From an uncultured Chitinophagaceae bacterium (lineage in GTDB: Bacteria; Bacteroidota; Ignavibacteria; UBA10030; UBA8401), in NCBI GenBank assembly GCA_964463935.1, contig CAYXEE010000001.1, positions 2,581 through 31,447 of the forward strand: DNA of 28,867 bases, given 5' to 3'. Shown one piece after another: positions 18,202-26,939 of this stretch. The notes beneath the pieces were generated by a model, which saw only the letters and a program-made list of their open reading frames with translations, searched no databases and was not told where the DNA came from. The translations under genes and the position numbers were made by a program. The number at the start of each line of letters is the position of its first letter. Position 1 is the stretch's first letter.

Positions 18202-18749
18202 TGGAAACAACATACGAAATTGTAACGCTCGGAAACGGCTGTTTTTGGTGCACAGAGGCAATTTTTCAACGGCTTGAAGGCGTAATAAAAGTAGAATCCG
18301 GTTATTCCGGCGGAACTGTTGCAAATCCAACGTATGAACAAGTTTGCTCCGGTACAACCGGACACGCAGAAGTTCTTCAAATAACATTCAATCCAAAAAT
18401 TATTTCGTTCAAAGAAATTCTTGATGTGTTCTGGAAAACTCACGATCCGACCACGTTAAATAGACAAGGAAACGATGTCGGCACACAGTATCGCTCGGCA
18501 ATTTTTTATCATTCAGAAAAACAAAAGAAAATTGCAGAAGAATACAAAAAAGAACTTGAAGCAAAGAAAATTTGGGACGATCCGATTGTTACGGAAATTA
18601 CGCCGTTCTTAAAATTTTATTCGGCTGAAAATTATCACCAAAATTACTATAATAGTAACCAATACCAGCCGTACTGTATGCTGGTGATAAATCCGAAACT
18701 GAAAAAATTTCAAAAAGAGTTTCAGAACAAGCTGAAAAAAGAAAAATGA
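18201..18749 (+). CDS. msrA: Peptide-methionine (S)-S-oxide reductase MsrA
   Basis: GCFWCTE active site plus [26 protein letters not shown] and AE.YHQNYY motifs. The ATG at 18201 has an AGGA SD; the longer ORF-track start at 18063 is unlikely. Confidence 0.97.
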   Translation: METTYEIVTLGNGCFWCTEAIFQRLEGVIKVESGYSGGTVANPTYEQVCSGTTGHAEVLQITFNPKIISFKEILDVFWKTHDPTTLNRQGNDVGTQYRSAIFYHSEKQKKIAEEYKKELEAKKIWDDPIVTEITPFLKFYSAENYHQNYYNSNQYQPYCMLVINPKLKKFQKEFQNKLKKEK

Positions 18750-18833
18750 CAAATATTTTTTTCTCCGTTGTTGAAAGAGCGAACAATCAAAAAAATTTTT
18801 TTTCTCTTTTGTTTTTTAAATATCCACATACGC

Positions 18834-18916
18834 GTCATACCCGCGAAAGCGGGTATCTCAACAATATATCTTCTAAAGAAAAACCAAGATTCCCGATAAA
18901 AACATTCGGGAAGGAC
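18834..18916. repeat. REP/RPE-like palindromic element (GTCAT(A/T)CCCGCGAAAGCGGG family)
   Basis: GTCATACCCGCGAAAGCGGGTATC ... AGATTCCCGATAAAAACATTCGGGAAGGAC forms two hairpins with GTC/GAC termini. A related copy lies at 27746-27793. Confidence 0.8.
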
Positions 18917-18919
18917 GCA

Positions 18920-19732
18920 GTGGATGGTTTAAAATTATTTTTTCATCAAAACAAATTTATCTATCGAACAATCATCTTTCTTTTCGCGTTTACCATCTTG
19001 CTTGCTTCTTCGGGGTGTTTTATTCTTCGTCCTGCCGCCGGAGCGAGTTACGACAAAGAACAAGTACAAAAGGCGCGCGAAGCAAAAATGATGGAAGTAA
19101 AACTGCAAGCCGCGCAACGGTTGCAAACACGGCTCGCCGATAACAAACCGATTGAAAATTCAGACTTCACTTTTTATTTCAATCAAGAATTATTTAATAA
19201 AGCCGCCGCGCAGTTGGACGGCACAATCGGCTGGCTCGATTCTCTCAATTCATATTTTATCCGCAGCATTCGCGTTACGCTGAACAACGGCTCTGCCGTT
19301 GCAACATTTAATCTTGCAGTGTTTAATCATCAGCATAATGTAAATGTGGATATGCTTATGGACTGCCTGTTAGATTTTTCAGTTGAAAACGGAAAACTGT
19401 ACGCGCGGTTCGAGCCATTTTCAATTTCTCCCGTTGTCAGCGCGTCCGGAGTTGCCGGAATATTGAACGACATTATTGCGGATATTATTGAACTAAAAAT
19501 TTCTGAGATGAGTCAGAAGTTTCCGCCGATAGAAATGCCGATTGATTTTGAAAACAAATTTCCAATTCCGCAAAATTCTCTTTCCGTTCGCAGCGGAATA
19601 AATATGGATATTTCCATTCCGGGCGCAACGCTTGCATACGGTTTGCAGGTAAAAGAAATTCTTATTTTTCACAATGCCGTAGTTGTTGGAATGAATCTGA
19701 CGAAAGCGAGCAAAGAGAGCGCAGAAAAATGA
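18920..19732 (+). CDS. Putative lipoprotein of unknown function (start GTG 18920; alternative ATG 18746)
   Basis: Hydrophobic stretch IIFLFAFTILLASSG|C with a lipobox. GGAAGG lies 5 nt before the GTG at 18920, and the ORF overlaps the next gene by ATGA. Confidence 0.75.
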   Translation: MDGLKLFFHQNKFIYRTIIFLFAFTILLASSGCFILRPAAGASYDKEQVQKAREAKMMEVKLQAAQRLQTRLADNKPIENSDFTFYFNQELFNKAAAQLDGTIGWLDSLNSYFIRSIRVTLNNGSAVATFNLAVFNHQHNVNVDMLMDCLLDFSVENGKLYARFEPFSISPVVSASGVAGILNDIIADIIELKISEMSQKFPPIEMPIDFENKFPIPQNSLSVRSGINMDISIPGATLAYGLQVKEILIFHNAVVVGMNLTKASKESAEK

Positions 19733-20607
19733 AAAATAATTTCTTTGCGCCCTTTGCGGTTAAGAACGCTTTTATTTTTCTTCTTGCATTATTTTTCATC
19801 GGCTGCGGCTATTCCGCGCCGTCGCTTTTTCCTCCGACCGAACTAAGCGTTCAAAAAATTGCGGAAATGAAACCGCAGTTGGATTCCCTTGATGCCGCAA
19901 TAAACGCGCGCGCAAAAGTTCTTCCCGCAAATTACAACAGCACAACGCGCATCACCATTGCAAGCATTAACCGCTTACTCGACCTGTTTGCACAACAGCG
20001 CGCGGACGATATTAGCATTGCATTTCTTCCTACACAACCGCTGTGGAAAGAAGAAAAAAATATTCTCGGAATTAAATACACAAATCTGGCAAACATAGAC
20101 AGCGGCGCATTTTCCATTGATATAAAAAAATTCCGCTTCAAATGGGGAATGAATAATATGCTGAATGCCGAAGTGGAGATTGAAGGAAAAGGAACAATTG
20201 CCGTTTCCGGAACGTACGCGGGAATTTCCGCTTCTGCATCGCCGCAATTGCATTGCTATCTTAACGAAAATATTCTCTTTTCCATCGCGGCAGATTCGGA
20301 ATCAATAATTTTAAAACCGCAGACAAAAACATTAACGCTGAAAGCAAAAGCGACAATGAAATTATTGCAATGGGAAATTCCGATCTACAAAGAAGTTCCT
20401 CTTCAGGCGACGGATATTATTCAGCCGATGAAACTTCCCGCCGCGCTCCGCTCGGATATTGCAATTCCGCTTCCGGCAAAAGAGTTCGGCTCCAGCAAAG
20501 TGGAATTTGTCCGCCGCACGATTGAATTTAGCAATGCAAAAGTTTCCGCAGTTAATAATGTATTGGGAATTCAAGGAAATATTTCGCTAAAAGTTCCGGC
20601 GCAGTAA
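19729..20607 (+). CDS. Putative lipoprotein of unknown function
   Basis: 292-aa ORF with AFIFLLALFFIG|C lipobox-like signal, a long beta-strand-rich body, and translational coupling to the previous gene. Confidence 0.8.
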   Translation: MKNNFFAPFAVKNAFIFLLALFFIGCGYSAPSLFPPTELSVQKIAEMKPQLDSLDAAINARAKVLPANYNSTTRITIASINRLLDLFAQQRADDISIAFLPTQPLWKEEKNILGIKYTNLANIDSGAFSIDIKKFRFKWGMNNMLNAEVEIEGKGTIAVSGTYAGISASASPQLHCYLNENILFSIAADSESIILKPQTKTLTLKAKATMKLLQWEIPIYKEVPLQATDIIQPMKLPAALRSDIAIPLPAKEFGSSKVEFVRRTIEFSNAKVSAVNNVLGIQGNISLKVPAQ

Positions 20608-20613
20608 GCGAAC

Positions 20614-20729
20614 GCCACGAATTCACAAATAGTATTATTTGTTTTTCTGTAGAGTTGGGCGCTCATCCATATAGAACGGACGGACGTATCTCCGTGTCTA
20701 TGTTATTCAATTCGTGTATTTGTGGCTTC
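20614..20729. repeat. Nested REP-like palindromes between convergent genes (possible bidirectional terminator)
   Basis: Outer imperfect arms GCCACGAATTCACAAAT / ATTCGTGTATTTGTGGC enclose a GTAGAG...CGTGTCTA(T) element. Confidence 0.65.
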
Positions 20730-20748
20730 TTCAACAAAATTTAAGAAT

Positions 20749-21225
20749 TTAATTACGGAGTTTGTTGCTTCGCTTTCTTAGTTTTTTCCTTTGTTCGCTA
20801 TTAAATTTTTCTTTAATCAATTCAATAAAATTTACAGAGGGAAGTAAAAATTTACCGTGGAGCGAAGTACCGGTTGCCTGCCCTACAATACCACGAGCAA
20901 TAGAGTACGTCATAGCCAAGCCGTTTGGAACTAATAAGTTGGGAATCTCTTTTTCGGGAAACAATGAATCAAATTCCAAAAACGACTCCATTTTGATATG
21001 AATGCGATATTCAGATTTTCTAAAATGTTCATCCTTCGGGTTTACAATTACATCTAATTCAATCTTAAACTTGGACTCGTTTTCTTTTCTAAAAAATTTA
21101 AAATTTATACCCATATTTGAAGAAGCAGGTTTACCCGCTTCGGGTGTAAAATTAGGATTTGCTTCAACATTAAGTAAAAGCAAAAAGTAATCTCTAAGCT
21201 GCAATTGCGCCATTACGTTGCTCAT
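20749..21225 (-). CDS. SecB-like chaperone of a toxin-antitoxin-chaperone (TAC) system
   Basis: N-terminal LQLRDYFLLLLNVEANPNF and C-terminal PNGLAMTYSIARGIVGQATG...KFLLPSVNF match the SecB signature (N..A..Y...R..I...T......LP..NF). A GAGGA SD precedes the ATG at 21225, and the gene overlaps the antitoxin 3' end. Confidence 0.82.
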   Translation of the reverse strand: MSNVMAQLQLRDYFLLLLNVEANPNFTPEAGKPASSNMGINFKFFRKENESKFKIELDVIVNPKDEHFRKSEYRIHIKMESFLEFDSLFPEKEIPNLLVPNGLAMTYSIARGIVGQATGTSLHGKFLLPSVNFIELIKEKFNSEQRKKLRKRSNKLRN

Positions 21226-21586
21226 AAGCATCCTCTAAATTCAACTGTTGTGAGTATCCGGTGGTGTCAAGTTTTTTAGTATTGAAGGTGATATGCCTCT
21301 TCATTTCATATTGTTTTGGAAGAAGAACAAAATCAATAGAACATTCTAGCGCGTGAGCTATTTGAACAATCTTTTTCAGCGTTAGATTTTCGCCGCCATT
21401 GAGAAGTTTAGTAATATAGGCGTTTGAACACCCCAATTTTTGTGCAAGCTGCGATCGCGTAATATTTTTCTCTTTCATTTGCTTATGGATTTGTTCCGTT
21501 ACATCAATAATAATACCTTCGGATATGTATTCAATATCGTCTTTGAATTGTTCAACGAGCGATTCAAATTGTTTTTTCAAGTCCAT
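21194..21586 (-). CDS. Xre/HigA-like HTH antitoxin with C-terminal chaperone-addiction (ChAD)-like extension
   Basis: HTH MKEKNITRSQLAQKLGCSNAYITKLLNGGENLTLKKIVQIAHALE followed by a ~44-aa tail ending YEQRNGAIAA*. It starts 2 bp after the toxin stop. Confidence 0.85.
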   Translation of the reverse strand: MDLKKQFESLVEQFKDDIEYISEGIIIDVTEQIHKQMKEKNITRSQLAQKLGCSNAYITKLLNGGENLTLKKIVQIAHALECSIDFVLLPKQYEMKRHITFNTKKLDTTGYSQQLNLEDAYEQRNGAIAA

Positions 21587-21588
21587 AA

Positions 21589-21951
21589 TTATCTCACAAT
21601 TTCATTATAGATTGCGGTTGCTTTTTTTAACTCCGAGCGGGGTATTCGGTTTTGTTTTTTTGTAAAACCATGCGTAAGAACAACAGATCGTTTGGCGAAG
21701 TTGGGAAGATAAAAACATAATAATCGTGTTTGATATGACTTAAAAGCAAAAATCGGTTTTTCTTCTAAACGGAATTTTTCTATGTTCTTTATTTCTCCAC
21801 GCGCTGCAAATTCTTCCAATAATCTCACAATTTTTGCCCCATCGGCAGCAGTAAGCGATTGTATAAAGCTAAATGCCAACGGTTCTCCCCGCAGATTTTT
21901 ATATACAAAAATATCGGCTTCTTTCCCTTCTATGAGTAATTCTACGGGCAT
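21589..21951 (-). CDS. RelE/HigB (Gp49-like) family toxin
   Basis: 120 aa with IFAFKSYQTRLLCFY...VVLTHGFTKKQNRIPRSELKKA, the typical Gp49/RelE C-terminal motif. It lies upstream of an HTH antitoxin in higBA order. Confidence 0.85.
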   Translation of the reverse strand: MPVELLIEGKEADIFVYKNLRGEPLAFSFIQSLTAADGAKIVRLLEEFAARGEIKNIEKFRLEEKPIFAFKSYQTRLLCFYLPNFAKRSVVLTHGFTKKQNRIPRSELKKATAIYNEIVR

Positions 21952-21953
21952 AT

Positions 21954-21982
21954 AATTTAACCTATAAGTTAAACTTTGTCAA
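21954..21982 (-). promoter_or_regulatory. Sigma70-type promoter with overlapping palindromic operator for the TAC operon
   Basis: On the minus strand TTGACA (21982-21977) - 17 nt - TAAATT (21959-21954). The palindrome TTTAACcTATAaGTTAAA (21956-21973) overlaps the spacer and -10. Confidence 0.7.
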
Positions 21983-21990
21983 GTGTTTTT

Positions 21991-24900
21991 TCACCCTTTC
22001 AACACTCGTTCTACCAACGCATCTATCTCTTTCATTTCTTCTGCTAATGCTTTGCGGATTTGCAGCCGCGCGGTGCCAAGACGCACGCCTTCTAATTCTT
22101 CTTTTCCTGTAACTATTTTGCCGACTTTTTTTGTGCACGCTTCGCCGAGTTTTGCCAATTCAATATGCTGTCTGTTTTTTGAATCATATTGTGGAAAGGC
22201 TATCTCAAGAATAGTTTTGCTTATATGACGTGGTCCAAACAAACCTCGTGCTTGAAAATCTTTTATTAACCTATTGGCAAAACCACAGTTTAAAAAAGAA
22301 ACTAAATAATTTGCTTCTTTAAAACTGTTTACTGCAATCCAATATGCCGTGTAATCTACAATAAATTCCAAATCAAAATCTTCTCTATTAATTATAACAG
22401 CATTTGCATCTTTTGCCGATGCGGTATAAAGAACTAAATATTTGGCGTTTATATTTTGCTGCGTTAATTTATTTTGCCAATTTAAATAATCATACAAATT
22501 TATTTTTTCTTCTTTATTCTTTTCTGTTTTGTGTTTTTCCCAAAGAAGTTCTGCTTTCTTAAACCATTCTGCAGTTTCCGTGTTTCCGCGTTTGAATATT
22601 TCTCCGGAATTTAAGATTGAAATAACTTTTTTATCTTGAACGGTATTTATTGTAATGGGTAAAAGAACCAATAATGGATTGACCAAAGCAAAAGGAACTA
22701 TGTTTTTTGATAAAGCGGTTCTAAATAAATATTTTGTATTTATTCTTCCGCTTATTGTTAAATCTTTCCACGGCGCTTTTGCTTCCGGCAGCGCAATAGT
22801 TTTACACTGAACAATTCTAGCGGTAAAGATTTTTGGCAGTTCTTGTTCCGGCGTAACAAAATAAAATGTGCGCGGCACAATTGTTGCGCCCTGCCTAAAC
22901 TTGCTGGCATAAAAACTTTCCTGATTTTTACCGGAAAGCAAATGCGTTGTTAATGCAGAGCGGGCGTTATTACCCTGCGAAAGTTTTGAATAAAACCACG
23001 ATGTTTTTGTTTGTGTTATAGAATGTCTTGCTTCTTCCCAATGCGTGTTAGTGCTGCGAAGTTTTCCTGAAAAAGAAAATCCTTTAATACCGGCGGCGGA
23101 AATTTCTCGTTTGCTTCGCAGACTAATATGTCCCGCATCAGCAAACAAAACGCACGAAGGGACGCGGAACAGCGGCGCAACACCGACTAAATCCCACACA
23201 GAAGTAAGTTTAATTTTTTTTACTCTGCCGGAGCGCGTGTTGTCGTGCTGATCTGCCGTTAAAAATGCGCGCGGCAAAACAAATGCTAATTTCCCGGTCG
23301 GTTTAAGAAAATAATTGCACGAGTGAGCGAAAAAAACAGCGGCAATTTCCAAATGCGGCATATTTGCTTTGGAGCGCGGCGTTACTTCGTACGAATCCGA
23401 AAGTTTCAACAGTTCATTTTGGTATGCGGCATCGGTAATATCGGAATAGGTAAGCCACGGCGGATTTCCGATAACAAAATCGAATCGTTGCTTTAACAAA
23501 ATCGGCTTGTACAGATTTTGTAAAATAAATTTCCAAATGGTGTCGCGTTGTTCTAATTTTGCCTGCCTCAGCGCGGCGTAGATTCTGTAAAAATTGTAAT
23601 AATGAGATTTATTATCGCTGGTAATAATATTGCGCAATTGCTTTTCAAATTTTTGTTCATTTATTTGCTGCGCTTCAAATTCGGCTATGGAATTGCACAA
23701 CTCTACGGAATTATCAAAGTCCGACGGATTTTCAAAAATGCTGTTTTCCATCGGATACTGTTTTTTGTCAATCGTAATTTCAAATGTTTGTCCGAATAAT
23801 TCCGCAGAGCCAAGCGGAAGCCGGAGCGAATTGGCAAGATAGACATTGAGCGCGGCGGGCTTTTTCAATTTTTGAATTGATTTTCCGAGCGCGATAAGAA
23901 TTGTTGTTTTTGCAACCTGCACGGAAAGCGGATGAATATCAATGCCGACAACCTGCTCAAGTATTGTGTTTACGGAAAGACGGGGAAATTCTTTTTGCAA
24001 TTTTACAATTGCCGCACGTAAAAACGAACCGCTTCCGCACGCAGGGTCAAGAATGCTGCTTTCTTCGGTAAAACGCAATTCGTCAACAATTCTTTCGCAC
24101 AGCCAATCGGGTGTGTAATATTCGCCGAGTGAATGCCGCGTTTCCAAATCAATAAGTTCTTGATATACGCCTTTAAGAATATCTTCTTTCACATTCTGAA
24201 AATCAAATTCCGTAATTCGCTGCGTAATTTTTTTGAATACCGGAAGCAATGAAGTAATGTGTTTTTTTTGTCCAATCCACGAATAAAAATCATTATCTAC
24301 AAAACGCGTAACGTGATATTTGTTAAAGATTGAACCGTTTAAAATGCCTTCAAGTTCATTGCTGTCTATGTAATCATCATTGCTGATAATTTTGTACGCT
24401 ATGATTTTTGCAAACGCGCTTAAATAGGTATGAACAAAAAATACTTCTTGAGAATCATCAAATTTTCCGTATGCAATGGATAAAAATTTCTTCCACTGTT
24501 CATACGCTGTAAAAACAGTAGAATCCTGTGTAATATCAGGGAGATATTTATTCATTGCATTCATCGTATTCAAAAACACCTGCGATGTTTCTCCGAAAGC
24601 AAGCGTAATATTTTCTAATGTTGCGGGCTGAATGTGCGTTTTGAATAAATAGCGGTCAAGAAAATAGAAGAAATCTGAAAATTTATTTTTTGTAAGGGTA
24701 AATGTTTCCGTGTGTTTCAGCTCTATTGCGGTTACAACAAGTTTTTCTTTTTGATGAATAAGCGTTTCGTAGTTCGGCGCAAAAACTTCCCAGTGAATTC
24801 CATCGGTTGCTATTAACACAAAATTGTAATCGTCGCCGGATTTCCAATTTCCCGCAGCATATTCGGCAAGCTGTTCTTTTGCATGGTCGCCGGTTTTATG

Positions 24901-25151
24901 TAAATCTTTTTCCCACTCAATAATTACATTGTTATATTGCGAATCGGCAGAGCCGGTTTTTATTCGTTCTTTCAGCGGAATGTTGAAATATAATTATTAT
25001 CATTTATTTCTATTTTATCAATAATACCTTTTGCCGTTGAATCAGCATCAAAAAGCCGAACCAGCAGCGTTTTCAGCAGTTCTTTTTTCGCAAGTTCGGA
25101 ATTTGCATGAACAATTTTGGTAAAATAAATTTCTATTTCGTGAAGATTCAT
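21991..25151 (-). pseudogene. Type IIG (Eco57I-like, REase-MTase fusion) restriction-modification gene split by a -1 frameshift near 24972-24993
   Basis: MTase motifs GEYYTPDW, LDPACGSGSFL and GNPPW (N6-adenine). The main frame is open upstream of the called GTG 24819 to 24993 and reads FNIPLKERIKTGSADSQYNNVIIEWEKDL...QLAEY...ATDGIHW, a PD-(D/E)xK nuclease. The N-terminus MNLHEIEIYF...IIDKIE (ATG 25151, stop 24972) is in another frame. Confidence 0.75.
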
Positions 25152-25327
25152 GGCGCCTTAAAAATTCATAAAAGTTGCTCTTAATGTAATTCTTTTCATC
25201 TTTTACTGCAATAAATTACAGTAGGTCGCGTATTTGTTTATCTAGTATTTTGGCGGTTGTGCGAATTCTTTGTAAAGGTTTATATATAATTCTCTTAAAA
25301 ACGAACGGACGAGCGCCTATACTTGTA

Positions 25328-25354
25328 TTATTCAATTCGTGTATTCGTGGCTTC
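25328..25354. repeat. Direct repeat of 20703-20729 (26/27 identical), with related flanks
   Basis: TTATTCAATTCGTGTATT(C/T)GTGGCTTC, followed in both places by AACAAA(A/T)TTTA(A/G)GAATTT. Confidence 0.85.
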
Positions 25355-25612
25355 ATTGATTTTAACAAATTTTAGGAATTTTATGGTTGGTTTGTTACAT
25401 TGTGGTAGAAAATTTCTTTTAATCGTTCCCAAATAGAATTTGGAAAGAGGTAAATATTTAACTGAAGTTACGCAAAATAAAAAAAATGTGCCGCCATTCG
25501 GTATTCCGCACGTACGGCATTCAAAAAGCGGAACTTCAGATTTAAAATAAATCAGCGAAAATCTTTTATTTCAGTAAAATCGGCGGTTTAATGTTTTTAA
25601 TAATATAAATTT

Positions 25613-26920
25613 ATGCTCAGCGAACAATTAAAACAAAACGGTGTTGTCGGCGCGGGTGGCGCAGGATTTCCCACATACGTAAAAGCAAATTCCAAAGCGG
25701 AATTTGTTCTTGCCAACGGCGCGGAATGTGAGCCGCTTATCCACAAAGATGTGGAATTGATGCTTCATTTTCCCGAACAAATCGTCAGCGGAATGGCGAT
25801 GATGATGAAGGCAACGGGCGCGAGCGGCGGAAAATTCGGCATTAAAGAAAAACACAGCGAAGCGATTGATGTGCTTGCGCCCTTCGTAAAAAAATCGGGA
25901 ATAGAATTTTCTCTGCTCGGCGATTTTTATCCTTCCGGCGATGAATATGAATTAGTGTACGCCGCCACGGGAAGATTGATTCCTCCCGCGGGTCTTCCGC
26001 TTCACGTCGGCTGTGTGGTGAACAATGTTGAAACGCTTTATAACATTCATCAAGCGGCAAACAATATTCCTGTAACGGAAAAATTTATTTCCATTGCGGG
26101 CGCGGTTGCATCGCCAAAATCGTTCCGCGTGCCGATTGGAATTTCGTTCCGCGAAATACTTGCGGCTGCCGGCGGCGCTACGGCGGATGAATTTGGAATT
26201 TTCATCAGCGGATTGATGATGGGAAAACTTTCCTTCGATCTTGATGATGTTGTAACAAAAACTACCGCGGGACTTATTATTCTTCCCGCATCGCATTTTC
26301 TTGTGTCGAGAAAAAGTCAGCCTCAAAAAAATATGAACCGCATCGGAAAATCTGCGTGCGACCAATGCAGTTACTGTACGGAATTTTGTCCGCGCTACTT
26401 GCTCGGATATGAAGTTCAGCCGCACAAAGTAATGCGCTCGCTCGGCTTTACGCAGATGGGAACGCAGCATTGGAATCAATGGGCGGAATTGTGCTGCGCG
26501 TGCGGATTGTGTACGCTCTATGCGTGTCCCGAAGATTTGTTTCCGAAAGAATCATGCGACCAGGCAAAAGTAGAAATGCGGAACGAAGGAATTAAATTTG
26601 TTCAGCAGAAAGAAGTGCGCGTGCATCCGATGAAAGAATCGCGCAGAGTTCCGCAGTCGCAATTGCGCAAGCGATTGAATGTAGAAGACTGCGAAACGCC
26701 GTTTGATGCAAGGGAGTTTCATCCCGAATCTGTTATGATAAAATTATCGCAGCATGTCGGTAAAGCGGCGTCGCCTGTTGTTTCAGTAAACGATCGCGTG
26801 CAAAAAGGAACATTGATTGCATCGGTTTCTGAAAAAAATTTGGGCGTAAATATTCATTCCAGCATTTCGGGAACAGTTGCTCAGATCACCGATTCGTTTA
26901 TAGAAATTAAAAGCGTTTGA
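25613..26920 (+). CDS. pduS: PduS/RnfC-like flavin- and 4Fe-4S-containing reductase (microcompartment-associated)
   Basis: GVVGAGGAGFPT..K and NGAECEP FMN-binding motifs, an SLBB region, two ferredoxin motifs (CDQCSYCTEFCP; CCACGLCTLYACP), and a C-terminal barrel-sandwich domain (QHVG..A.PVV.V.D.V.KG...HSSISG) as in PduS. It is adjacent to a BMC-T gene. Confidence 0.82.
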   Translation: MLSEQLKQNGVVGAGGAGFPTYVKANSKAEFVLANGAECEPLIHKDVELMLHFPEQIVSGMAMMMKATGASGGKFGIKEKHSEAIDVLAPFVKKSGIEFSLLGDFYPSGDEYELVYAATGRLIPPAGLPLHVGCVVNNVETLYNIHQAANNIPVTEKFISIAGAVASPKSFRVPIGISFREILAAAGGATADEFGIFISGLMMGKLSFDLDDVVTKTTAGLIILPASHFLVSRKSQPQKNMNRIGKSACDQCSYCTEFCPRYLLGYEVQPHKVMRSLGFTQMGTQHWNQWAELCCACGLCTLYACPEDLFPKESCDQAKVEMRNEGIKFVQQKEVRVHPMKESRRVPQSQLRKRLNVEDCETPFDAREFHPESVMIKLSQHVGKAASPVVSVNDRVQKGTLIASVSEKNLGVNIHSSISGTVAQITDSFIEIKSV

Positions 26921-26939
26921 TAGCAGAGAAATAATTTTA

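Noticed and set aside
20762-23842. Short plus-strand ORFs antisense to the TAC and R-M genes, and 27190-27621, 28202-28607 antisense ORFs
   Set aside because: They are shadows of well-supported genes on the opposite strand and carry no recognisable motifs.
24985-25010. Fur-box-like AATGATAATAATTAT at the R-M frameshift
   Set aside because: It lies inside a coding region, is extremely AT-rich so chance matches are likely, and has no iron-related gene under it.
25385-25612. Cobalamin riboswitch upstream of the pduS-like gene
   Set aside because: No B12-box or GGGAA...GCCACTG core is recognisable. The region is explained by REP-like inverted repeats (CGTTCCCAAA/TTTGGAAAG; CTGAAGTTACGC/GCGGAACTTCAG).
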